DNA from: Eledone cirrhosa
Lineage: Eukaryota
Direction of reading: 5' to 3'
DNA length: 64,000 nucleotides
Assembly (NCBI GenBank): GCA_964016885.1
Contig: OZ024741.1
Location: 208,134,001 to 208,198,000, forward strand
The number at the start of each line of letters is the position of its first letter. Within the stretch, counting starts at the first letter, position 1. The position numbers and the translations under genes were made by a program. This document shows positions 39,165 through 51,055 of the stretch, piece by piece. Under the pieces are notes generated by a model. That model was not told the origin of the DNA. It did not search any database and saw only the letters and a list, made by a program, of their open reading frames with translations.

Positions 39165-42100
39165 CTACAGGTTTATATGCAGAGAAGGCCCATTTTCGCC
39201 ACATTCACCCACCTTTCAGGGAATTTACTGGGGTGTAGCAACTCTCTCTCCACTCTCACCTTCCTTCTGAAGTGATACTTAAAGAAGGGGATAAGTTGTT
39301 GTCCGGCGAGAAAGGTGTTTGCCTCAGTCCTTTTAACCTCGTCCACCATATTACCTCTTTCGCCATAGCCACCAGACAGAGGAAAACCGCCTCTCCTTCG
39401 TTCCTAAATGAAGGCGGCGGGGTGATCCTCACGATGGACTCGGCTAACAACTGGATGCGTCCTACACGTGACAGTAGCTGTTCGAGATGATTCCACAGGT
39501 CAGTCACTCCTGGGCACTGATCAATTGCGTGCAGAACGGTTTCAATGTCCTGCTCGCATCTTGGACAGGTCCTTTTGGCAGAATCTCTGCCAGGGCGTCC
39601 GTGCCTGTAGATCTTGTCACGAACCGGTAGAGCTCCTCGGTAGCACTGCCAGGCCAGAGACCTCTGGAAGTTATCCATAGGCCCTGGACGGAAAGTTCTC
39701 CCGAAAAGACTGGTCAGTTCGTCCTCCTTGATGCCTAGAGTTTCCCCGAGAACGCCGTCGCACTTATCCGCCACTAATCCCCTATAGAATGTCGAAGTGG
39801 AGTCTCCGCTGATTACCGTTTCCGCTTGCTAGAGGGCTGGGAGCGCCTGTAGGCACTTGAGGTGTCAGGCACCCATTTTAGGTCTTTGCTTGACCCAGGA
39901 CTTCAGCTCTGTTAGTGAGACGAGTTGTGGAAGAGCTTGTCTCACAAATGACAGCCACACCGGTTCACCGGTCAGGAATACCTGGAGATGGCGTAGCCTC
40001 ACCGCGTGCTTGCGCATCATCAGCCAAGGCATGCCCAGCCCTCCGTTAGAAGGGTGATGACAGCAGATGGATCTCCTCACCAATGGAGCCTGTTTCTTCC
40101 AGAGGTACTTGAAGAGTAGGCGTTCCATTTTGGTAAGGTATTCGCGGGGCAAGGCACGACTGTCAAGCGGTAGTAGATGTCGGACGCTATGTAAGTGTTC
40201 GCCACCTCCGCTCGACCTTTCAAGGAGAGTTTGCACTCAGCCCACTTCTGGGTGAGTGCAAATACCTTCGCTGTGACCTCGTTCCAGTTCTTGTCCACCT
40301 GGAGGTCTGGACCAAACCAGACTCCGAGCAATTTCACCGGTCCTTCCGTCCAGCGTTCAATGACACTGTCGGAAGGCATGGGTTTGCCTCTCCATGTGCC
40401 GAGTTGCAAACTGACAGACTTGTCTGAGTTTAGTCTTGCTCCTCTCAACTTTTCGTATTCCTGTAATAGGTAGCCGATTACCCCGATTTCCGAGGTTTTC
40501 GACACCATTACGGTTATGTCGTCGGCATAGGCCGACGCTGCTTTCCGCAGTCCTGGTTCGATCGGGATGCCCTGCAACAGCTCCAACTTCCGCAGTAACG
40601 GCTCGAGAGTCAGTACATACAGAATGGAGGAGAGAGGGCATCCCTGACGGATGGAACGCATGATTTGGAATGGCTCTGATAGGTAGCCATTCATCTTGAC
40701 TGCCGAACAGATCCTGGTGTGCATCGCAGCGATCCAGCCTCTGAAAACGGTACCGAAGCCGGCTGCCTTGAGAACTGCTTCAAAGTATTGATGGTCGACC
40801 CTATCAAATGCCTTAGACTGATCTAAATTGATCAGAGCCCCACCGAAGCCAGGTTTACACCCTACCCTCTCTATGATGTATCGCATGAGGTGGAGGCTTT
40901 AGTGTATGGACCTGGTCGGAATTGCACACGTTTGCGCTTCCCCTACCAGGTTCTCAACCACAAGCGCCAGCCTCGCTGCTTACACCTTGGCCAAAATCTT
41001 AAACTCTGTGTTGGGCAGAGTTATGGGCCTGAAATTGCTCATCTCTTCCCCCTTGTTCTCATCTTTCCTGATCAGCGTTAATACGCCTCTACCTACAGAA
41101 CTTGGAATCCTCCCGTTCTGCTGCCAGTTGCAGTAGACCGCTTCGAGGACGCCAAAGAACAATCTGGCATGCCTATGTAAAACTCATAGGGTAGACCATC
41201 TAAACCGGGTGATTTGCGTTTCCCGCAGCGACCTATGGCATCTTCTATTTCGCCCGCTGTGACCGGCCTTTCGCAGCTCTCCGCATCCGTGATCGAGAGT
41301 CACGGTACGCCGTCGAGGTTGGATCTGAAGTCCATCACCTCACTCGATGTACCTCTTTGCCCGAACAGTTGTGCAAAGTGCTGCTGGAAGGCCGTGCACA
41401 TCTGCTTGGATTCAAGTAGAATGCGTCCATCTTTGTCTTGCAAAGACCGAATTGTGGATTTGTTGCCACTTTTTGCCTCTGCCACTCGGGCCCAGCTAAC
41501 AGCTTTGGCTCCCTCGTTTTTTAGAGTACGTGTTATAAACAATACAACCTTCGAGTTTCACGTTGAAGAAATGGTCTAGTGCCGTTCTCGCCGCTAGCAC
41601 GTCAGCTGTACTTCCATTCCTAAGTGCCTCTGCTATTTTAGCTACCAGTTCTGTTTCAATTTTGTTTTTTTCTAAAGCTACTTCCTTGCTAAATGCTATC
41701 GATTCTATTCTAATTGCTATCTTGAGAGAGCTCCACCACCTGTTGTTGATGATCGCCCCCGTCAACTGGCACTTAACTAAGGTGCTAATCCATTTATTGT
41801 AGGCCTTACGCGCCGGGAGCGACATGTTTAGCTTCCAGTATCCGGGTCCCTGTCTAGTTCTATCAAGGTTGACTACGCAGGTGACTAATTTGTGGTCTGA
41901 ATAGGCAATCATGTACATTTGTGGACAGCTTAATGTTTCCTTATCATTCTGTCTAATTAAAAACATACGATCTAGAAGACCTAGTGCAGTTGCTCCACGT
42001 CCATAGTGGTGTACTTGGGAAGTCTAGTCGATATCTATCAGCCAGTTGGAATTGGCTGATGAGATGTTTGAGGCTATTACACCCCCCCTCTACTATCACA

Positions 42101-42565
42101 AGCTTCTTCATAGTCCCAACGTGCGTCTAAGATGCCATTCCAGTCCCCCGCTAACACTAAGGAGCGAGACGTTCCCAGGAATGGCTCCAGACGCTTGAAG
42201 AACTCTGGTCGCGATGTCCCATTCGGGGCATATACGGCCACCAATCTGAAAGCTCCACCTTCACTATCATTCACGTCCAGGACCAACAGGCTGCCCTCCG
42301 GATCCAAGTGAATCGTCTGTATTTTGAGATCCAATTTTTTTTGAAACAGAACAGCAACTCCCCCTCCACCTCCCGGCTGACAGAGAGATGCGTAGATTTC
42401 AAAATCATCGAACATGGGGGTTAACTGCTGCTTGTCGTGAGCCCTGGACTCGGTGATGGCTATCACATCTATACAATGTGACCTGAGATCATTTAAAATC
42501 TGGCCCTGTTTCCAGGACATGCCCAGGCCACGTACAATCAAACACCCAGCTTGTATAGTCGCCAT
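39165..42565 (-). pseudogene. Tx1 ORF2, frameshifted, copy C
   Basis: ORF fragments 42077-42565, 41496-41966, 40077-40886 and 39256-39774 give APE, RT and the C-terminal Cys/His motif. Confidence 0.93.
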
Positions 42566-42606
42566 GTTGGTGAAGAAGAGTTAAGGAGACAAAAAAACAG
42601 GAAAAC

Positions 42607-44399
42607 TTACCTTTTCCTTTCCTGGAGGTCGGGTTGTTCGATCTCCATGTCCAGATTGGTGGTGCTTGGGGAGGGAGGGAATCCTTTTAGCAGGACACGG
42701 TTAAGGAGCTTTTGGCAAGGGGTTCCACATCATGTGGGAAGTTCTCTTTTAAAGTTTCATACTGTAGAGTTGTTACCCTCATAAGTTTGAGGTTTGGGGG
42801 TGTGTCATTGGTGGGGAAGGTTTTCCCTTCCGTTTGTATTGTGGGATCCTTTTGGACAGTTTCCACCAGATCTTTGTTTCTCGTTTTTATGTATGTGTAA
42901 TGTATTTTGTTTTTTGTGTACTGTTTCTGTTTGTAGTTTTCTTTTTGTGGTTGGGGTTTGTGATTGTAGTGGTGTGGGTGTTTGTTTTGTTGGCGAAGTG
43001 TCTGGTTGTGTTGTTGGTGTGGTTGTCGTTTGTGGCGGTATGTTTATGTCAGTGTTGGGTGTGTGCGTCAGTGTTGATGTTCTTGTATTTTTTCTGTGTC
43101 TTTTTTGCTTATTCGATTCTTGAGGTTCCTCTTCATCCTCACTTGGAGATGTTGGGGTTCCTGTGTCTGAGGTGTTATCATTGTGGGTAGTTGGGAGGGG
43201 TATGTTGTGTTGTGGTGGAGTGTTTGTATGTGTGTGTTTGTGGGAGTGTTGGACTGAAGGGGAAGGGGTGGGACAGAGTTCTTCGGGGGAATTTTTGGTG
43301 TGGTGTCTTTTGTCGTTTGTGATAGTTGGGTGAATGTTGATGGTTTGGGGGTTGTGTTTTATTTTTGTTTTCGGGTGTGTCTGTTGTGGTTTTGGAGTTG
43401 GCAACAACGCCTTCTTTTGTTTTTCCACATCCAGCATTGGGCAAAATGCTTTTAAATGTGTGTTTTTTCCACATTTGAAACATTGTGGTCTTTTGCCCTC
43501 CACTGTGATGTGGACAACATGGTTATCATCAACCGGCACCCTTTCCGGTATTTTGTCATTCCTCTCCGGTTTCATTTGAACTAAAAGCTCAATTGAGATC
43601 CCACTCCAGTTCTGTCGGATTGATGTTTTTACAGAGAGGAGGTTGTCTTCACCCTCCTCCAAACAACCACCCAGGATCCACCAAATGTTGGTGCTTGGTG
43701 GGATCTGGGAGATCCTTATTTTATGGGTTCTTCTTCCCATGTATGTTGGGAAGATGTGTTGGCTCGTTCTAATTGGAGCCACCGAATATTTCTGGCGAGG
43801 GCCTCGCTTTTAAAGAGCACCGAGCTGCTCCCGTACTGCTTGGCCCTCTGGAGGTAAGCAATGTCTGGCATTGCCTCCTTTAGCGCGGTTTCCACTGTGC
43901 TATTACTTAAAGCCATCGGTTTCTTGGTTCGTGAGCAGATCGTCCGGAAGAAAATTGTTTTTCTAAAGGTCGCGGCTCTAATTTCCGGTGGAGTACTTAT
44001 ACGAAAGCCGTTACCTTCGAAACTTATATGTTGCGCAGCGTCCTTTAGGTGCTGCGCTTGGTTTGACAGATCTTTGGCAAGGCTTTCTGCAAACGTTTTA
44101 TTCTTTTGGTGTGTTTGGTTGTTTTCGTTTGTGCTGGAATTGTTGTTTTTGTTGTTCTTGTTATTGTTGTTGTTGCTGGTGCCGCCGGTTGTGTTGTATT
44201 TGTTTATAGTTTCACACATTTGGTTTTGGTTTGTTGCCATGGCAACGTCAAGCTGTTGGTTAGCAGGTGAACAAAATCCTTCCTCTGTCTGATCTTTGTC
44301 TGAGATATCTGCTACTATGACAGTGGAATGGGGAAGCTATAAGCATATCTTCCCCTTTCCTCCTTCGAATGTTGGTGAAGAAGCGGTTGCTTCAGCCAT
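42607..44399 (-). pseudogene. Tx1 ORF1, frameshifted, copy C
   Basis: ORFs 43716-44240 and 42805-43782 with a CX2CX4HX4C knuckle; ends EQPDLQERKR*. Confidence 0.82.
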
Positions 44400-44611
44400 T
44401 TTTTTTTTAAACGTTAGTTTTTCCCCAATTTTTTTTTTCATGTACTATTTCGCCCAAAGGCGTAGTATATTTTGAGAGACTGACCAGATCAAAATTTGAC
44501 CTGGCAGTCCCTCTACAAATTGGTATAAAAATGAAGGTTCACAGTCAAGAATTTCTATAGAAATATAAGCAGAACTTACCCAGCAAGTTTCATGCGTGTG
44601 TCCATCCCAAA

Positions 44612-44619
44612 AGATAGAT

Positions 44620-44701
<82 letters not shown>
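44612..44701. repeat. (GATA)n tract at the 5' end of Tx1 copy C
   Basis: Direct reading; no element 3' end lies beyond it. Confidence 0.97.
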
Positions 44702-45439
44702 TTGGGAGAGAAGGAAAGTGACAGTGGTAGTGTTTAGAAAGACTGCGAAAGAGGAAGATCCGGTTTGTTGCCAAATAAACATCCTTTTTGAAATTTGGTA
44801 AATTAAAAATTCATAATAATATCATAATATATAAAATTAACGTTCATGCCTAATGAGGAACATATGCTAACGTGGATATGTCTACATTATTGTTGTTTTT
44901 GTTGGTGTTGTTAGTGCTGTTGTTGCAGTGGTAGTTGTGGTTGTTGGTGTTGATCAAGTATACCTATAAATAAATGTCTTCCAATTATGAACAATTCGTC
45001 TTTTCCCTATGTACAAAGAAACCAAGACCAAAGTATTCAACGTATCCTTTTTGAATATCGGTAGAGTATCATTTTAGGGAGATGTGGTTGCTATTTCTTG
45101 CAGGCTGAATGCCCAGGTTCAAATAACTATATTTCAAATAACTACAACATGTGTTGACGACTATAAAATAGTCGAAAAAAGGTAGTAAATTTCAAATTTT
45201 CCCATTCCTTCTAAAGTTGACCGTTTGTTTACACTTTTAGTTACAGGCTTAAAATCTTCAAAACATACGGAATTTGTGGCCATCGACTGTTTAGAGCAGT
45301 GTTTAAAGCACTCGCTTGGTTTTCGTTTTCCGTCTCCACCGGTACTTTGAATGATTTCCCAACTATTATTTATAGAGATCGACTATTATTATGATCGTTT
45401 GCGCCAGGACACGCACATGTCAAACTCCACACACAACAC

Positions 45440-45577
<138 letters not shown>

Positions 45578-45680
45578 ATGTGTAGCGACGTGGTTAGTCA
45601 GTCTGGTCACTACTTCTGATCAGTATGTATGTATGTATGTTTTGCAAGGTATTTGATATGAAATCGTGTGTTGAAACAGA

Positions 45681-45930
45681 TATCGTTATACTTGGAGAGG
45701 GTCATATTGTAATAATATTGCCAGAAATATTAATTGTTTCTACTTTTGGCACAAGGCCAGCAATTATCCGGTGCATTACTGGTACTTTATTTTATCGACC
45801 CGGTAAGGATGAAAGGCAAACACACTCACTGTTTCATTACAGGAGCGAAAACCAATACAAATCAAACAGTGAGTGTGTTTTATTATTATTTCTAGCAATA
45901 TTATAACAATATGACCCTCACCAAGTATAA

Positions 45931-45935
<5 letters not shown>
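45681..45935. repeat. ~48-bp inverted repeat enclosing a SINE fragment (45733-45820, minus strand)
   Basis: TTATACTTGGAGAGGGTCATATTGT...CAGAAAT versus ATTTCTAGCAATATTATAACAATATGACCCTCACCAAGTATAA. Confidence 0.75.
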
Positions 45936-46005
<70 letters not shown>

Positions 46006-46142
46006 TAACAGATTAAAGTTTAAACAAAGAATCGCTGCTTTCACCCTTAACGGGATCTGAAACTAAAAAATTAATCTGTGAACGCAGATGTAAATATTTC
46101 GAAAAACGTTGCAACCGAAGGAAGACAGGAAGACGATACTTT

Positions 46143-46410
46143 GGTTCGTGGAGACGTTCCCTGGCAAAGAACGGAAAAAAACGAAGATAATACGTCATTA
46201 ATTGGAGCGTTGAAAACAATTACACGCAAAGACAAAACCACGTTTATGGTATAAATGAAGTCGTAGACTAATATTGTATTAGGTGGTTCGTGGAGACGTT
46301 CTCTGGCAATGAACGAAAAAACGAAGATAATACGTCATTATATGGGGCAGTGAGAACAATTACACGAAAGACAAAACCACGTTTATGGTATAACTGAAGT
46401 CGTAGACTAA
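46143..46410. repeat. ~130-bp tandem duplication
   Basis: 46143-46271 matches 46286-46410. Confidence 0.85.
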
Positions 46411-47129
46411 AATTCTATATGGGAAACCGAATGATTCTCGGCTTCAGAGCTAAGAATAATGTAAATAAATTACAGAGGTAATTGAAATTAAATAAAAACA
46501 TGCACGTATCCATATACGTACATACACAAGCATACGCGAAAACACCCGCCATGGGTATGCAAATACAAGCACGTACACAAAAACACACGCACATGCAGAA
46601 CCCACGCATCGCCTGTATCCGCACGCATACGAACGTATACACCAAATACACATAAAAATATATATATTAAAAATATATATATACATATGTGTGTGTGTGT
46701 GCGTGTATACATATAATTATATAAACGTATATAAATATACACACATAAATACGTATATAACGCGCGCACACACATAACTACATGTGAATACACATATGTT
46801 CGCAGATGCACGTCAACCAAAACACAAAGTACACATATACACACACCTTACATACGTTCGAACCCGCATACTCACACAGAGACAAAACTCACGTATACAC
46901 ATAACCATATGCACATGTACCAGTATATATAATATAATATACGCCTATAACATATACCAGCAAATAAACGTACGAGAAAGAATACGTGCCTTCACAAAAC
47001 ATACAGGTAATATATACTTACCTATACAAATAAGTAATGGTAAAAACATAGCATACTTAGCTACCACATCAAGACGTAAAATATCCGCATATAGTTCGTA
47101 CTATCCGTTAGATATGTGGGGCTGTAATA

Positions 47130-47795
47130 CAGGAGAGTTTTGTGCAATTTATGTTTACAAGCCGAAATTGCCTCAGTTTTTTTGTTTAAGATGTGGTCTT
47201 TGGCGTAGAGTATGTCCAGGGCTTCAGCGGCGCAGAGGTCACATGGTCTTTTATTTCCGTTATACGATCTAGCCTTAGCTAGGATCTCCTAGTGTAACTT
47301 ATATTGGGTGTGGTTATACCATATAATGCGCCGGGATCTATTTTTTCCTAGGTCTATTCTCATACTCAGTATATGCTACCTTATCGACAAATTGAGGGTA
47401 ACGCCGAGGTAATTAACAACCGAGAGGTTGGCCTCAACCTGTATGGAGAGGTTGAAGCCTTTAAAGAAGGCTGTGAGTTCTTTTCTGAACCTGTCGCAAG
47501 CACGTGGGCCGCATTTTGTCATGGTCGAAAGACTGTCATCACGGTACAAACCACCGCCCACGTTGGGGAATTCTTCCTTGATAGAGAAAAGAAGGAAACG
47601 GCCGATAAGATGAGTAACCTCCGCAGAATCGGTGGCGCCCATACTCACGTCGAATGGGCTACTATTAGATTTTTTAATCTAAATAGAGTCGTCGAAATTA
47701 ATCACCGACTTACGGGCATTGAGGATGACATCAACTTCGAAATCCTTAACCACTGTGAGTGTTTTACCGAAAGCCGTTTCGACGGCTATTTCTGA
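47130..47795 (-). mobile_element. Penelope-like element remnant (RT + GIY-YIG C-terminus, internally deleted)
   Basis: NARKSV...KKSNSSPFDVSMGATDSAEV...GLYRDD...NYLGVTLNL (PLE RT), RKNRSRRIIWYN, and CDLCAAEALDILYAKDHILNKKTEAISACKH (GIY-YIG end). Confidence 0.85.
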
Positions 47796-47839
47796 GTCCA
47801 GAGTGTACACAGACGCGCGCGCGCGCACACGCACACACA

Positions 47840-47892
<53 letters not shown>

Positions 47893-48060
47893 GCCTTCAG
47901 ACAGTGGAAGCCATATATTGCAACGAGTTTGATTGATAATATTAAGCAAATTATTTATTTTGGTACCACTGATTTTATAAAGAATAACCTGTTAGTAACA
48001 TTTCTGTTATTATAAACGATTTTCACTGTATACACACACATATATATATATATATATATA

Positions 48061-48967
48061 CGAGGTGTGTCAGAAAAGTTCCAGGACCGATGTCACAAAA
48101 GATTTATTTCAAACCCAAACTTCACACTAAAAGTGTTCTCCTTCAAAGTAATCCCCCTGGAGTCTAATGCACTTTTCCATCCTTTTCTGCCACGCTTGCA
48201 TGCACTCCTGGAAGGATTCTTCCGGGATCCTCCGCAGTCCCGTCGTCACGGCCTTTTTTTATGTCGTCCACGTCTTCAAAACGACGTGGTTAGTCAGTCT
48301 GGTCACTACTTCTGATCAGTATGTATGTATGTTTACGACCTCCGGGTCGTACTCGAAGATCCATGACTCATCACCGATAATGACTGTCCCTAGCAAGTCT
48401 GGTTCGGTTTCAAGACGCTCAACCCTTCTGGTCATCGTTCAGCAGTTTTGGCACCATCTTCGCGCAGACTTTCCGCATGTCCAAATCTTTAGTGAGAATC
48501 TTTCAGACGCTGTTCCGATTCATGCCCAGCTCATTTGCCATCAGTCGAACAGTCAGCCGACGATCGCTACGCACCATCTGCCTGACGCGCTCAACGTTGA
48601 CCTCAGTCCTGGTTGTTGAGGACCTTCTGCTCCTGGGAACATCTTACACCACTCAAAAACACGTGAGCATGACATCGTCTCATCTCCATACGCTTGCTGC
48701 AGCAATCTCAGTGCTTCTGACGGAGTTTTCCCCAACCGTACCAGAAACTTCAAGTTTGTTCGTTGCTCTGTGCTCATTGCTTGACGACCTGAAACAGAGG
48801 ACATGTATATAAAATTATGAAGAAAAAAATTTGATCGTTACAGAGAGCTAAGATTACAGTTACGTACTCCAGGGGGATTACTTTGAAAGAGAAAACTCTT
48901 AGTGTGAAGTTTGGGTTTGAAATAAATCTTTTGTCACATCAGTCCTGGATCTTTTCTGACACACCTC

Positions 48968-48968
<1 letters not shown>
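48061..48968 (-). mobile_element. Internally deleted mariner transposon with ~103-bp TIRs in (TA)n
   Basis: TIR CGAGGTGTGTCAGAAAAG...CCCCCTGGAGT at both ends; EQRTNLKFLVRLGKTPSEALRLLQQAYGDETMS (HTH) and C-terminal ...WQKRMEKCIRLQGDYFEG. Confidence 0.92.
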
Positions 48969-49063
<95 letters not shown>

Positions 49064-49150
49064 GGTGTTGGATGCTTAAAGCGTCCGTATGCGGTAGGCC
49101 GTTTGAGCAATCGATTCTCTCATAGGGCAGAGTATGCTTCGTAGAATCAA

Positions 49151-49246
49151 GACGTATCTGAGGACCTTGCGACTTTCAGAATCAGGTTCGACCATCACAT
49201 CGATCGTCCCTCGAGCTGGTCGCCAGAGAAACGATTGTAATATGTC
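49151..49246 (+). ncRNA. Type I hammerhead with extended stem II
   Basis: GACGTAT-CTGAGGA-C..GCGAC...GTCGC..A-GAAA-CGATTG-TA-ATATGTC; 7-bp stem I, then AATAAA and (TA)n. Confidence 0.8.
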
Positions 49247-49287
49247 CAATAAATTCCATTTGTCGCAAAACTGATTCTCTATTTTTT

Positions 49288-49371
<84 letters not shown>

Positions 49372-49373
<2 letters not shown>

Positions 49374-49870
49374 GAGAAAATGCAATTTCATTTCTCACTC
49401 TTAGTACGGCTGATACTTAAATATAGGTATGTATACGTACATACATATATGTGTGCATGTATATACATACATACTTGCACACATACATATATGTACGTAT
49501 ATATGTACATTTTTCATAATGTTCGGTTTGTTTGTAAATAAACAGCACGAATTAAACCGTACAGTGTTCGGCAACCAGCGTCGCCCTTTTATTCAACACT
49601 GACAGAGGAACGATGAACTAGTTTCTAGCTTATTAGCTGCCATCACCACCGTATACCTTCCTGTCAGTCAATTGAACGTCTGAAAGTATATACTTTCCTT
49701 ATGCATATTAACGGCTGAGCAGCCTAATTTGCATATCGAGTGAGTTAGTCTGCTGGGCGTACCGAAAACGATAAATGGAATAAATGAAATTTCAATTTTC
49801 ACTCTAAGTACAGCTGATACTTAAATATAAGTATGTCTACGTACATACATATAAGTATGTACGTATACAT
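49372..49870. mobile_element. Second member of the 16515 family (terminally redundant, ~410-bp unit)
   Basis: Homologous to 16640-16990; 49385-49450 is repeated at 49790-49855. Confidence 0.75.
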
Positions 49871-49953
49871 ATATATATCCAGAAAGCTACAACCGGTAAG
49901 GTTGCATTTTTTCAGGGCATGTCAATATTTATTTATAAAACTAATCTGTATTA

Positions 49954-50019
49954 TATTTTATCTGATGAAAGCGCACCATAATCTATCTTGGTGGCCCTTG
50001 AAATATGTATAATGAAATA
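49954..50019 (+). ncRNA. Type I hammerhead
   Basis: TATTTTAT-CTGATGA-AAGCGCACCA...TGGTGGCCCTT-GAAA-TATGTA-TA-ATGAAATA; 8-bp stem I. Confidence 0.8.
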
Positions 50020-50081
50020 AATATGGTTTTATAAATATAGTTTCCATTTGTTAATATATTGTATATATATATATATATAAT

Positions 50082-50118
<37 letters not shown>

Positions 50119-50183
50119 GCATGTATGTATGTATATATATACTACTCTACGTCTGTATACATATAAGTGTGTACGTATACATA

Positions 50184-50236
<53 letters not shown>

Positions 50237-50496
50237 AATCATGTCCTTAGAATTATTAGATAAAATATATACCATTTCCTCTCCCAGTTAGCATAATTAA
50301 CCATATAAAAAATCAATTAGACCAGGCTATAAGAATAAAGGCTCCTATGAAGAAATTTTCGACAAATAACCGAAAGCAGCCTCTTCGCGGTGACCCCAAC
50401 ATTTCAACAGCATGTAGAAACTGACTAAATAACCGTCAACCATACACAATTAGGTGTAAATTTAAACTTAGAAGAAACGTGTACATACCGTAATTA

Positions 50497-50577
50497 CATC
50501 TCTACCATGGTTTCTTCCGTATTTTTAGATATCCTATTGTTAGGATGTACCCAGAGTAACAGACTCATCAGGAGACA
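50497..50577 (-). ncRNA. Type I hammerhead
   Basis: Minus strand TGTCTC-CTGATGA-GTCTGT...ACGGAA-GAAA-CCATGG-TA-GAGATG. Confidence 0.85.
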
Positions 50578-50980
50578 AACTCAAGATTGGACAGATAATT
50601 TTCCAAAGCGATCGCGCCAAAAATAGATTCAAATGTGGCTAAGAATCGTGACGTGGCAGTGGTCAAGTTAGAAGGAATGTGGTTAGTTACTTATGGCGGG
50701 TAGGCTTGTTGCTAGAAAGCGCAGCCCAATATCACCCAATTGTACCTCAACCCAACGGGAGATTATTAAATATAAAGATTTACATATACATAAAGTTATA
50801 GATATATATGTGGCTCAATGAAGAATTAATAAATTAAATAATCAGAGCAATATATCATACATCATATCCTTAGAATTATTAGATAAAATATATACCATTT
50901 CCTCTCCCAATTAGCATAATTAACCATATACAAAATTTTGGCGCGATCGCTTTGGAAAATTATCTGTCCAATCTTGAGTT

Positions 50981-51055
50981 TGTCTCCTGATGAGTCTGTT
51001 ACACTGGGTACATCCTAACAATAGGATATCTAAAAATACGGACGAAACCATGTAA
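50981..51055 (+). ncRNA. Hammerhead, inverted copy with stem I/III deletion
   Basis: TGTCTC-CTGATGA-GTCTGT...ACGGAC-GAAA-CCATG then a short deletion; stem II has the canonical G10.1-C11.1 pair. Confidence 0.7.

Larger units (their letters stand above)
38904..44611 (-). mobile_element. Tx1-clade LINE, copy C (full length, best preserved)
   Basis: ORF1 CFKCGKNTHLKAFC; ORF2 DQSKAFDRVDH, RQGCPLS, YADD, CPRC..ETVLH..C; 3' end GTGGCAAATAAAGAAAGA followed by (TATC)n. Confidence 0.94.

Noticed and set aside
27669-44611. Intact, active LINE ORFs
   Set aside because: All ORF1 and ORF2 frames contain frameshifts or stops. Some may be sequencing errors, so activity cannot be judged.
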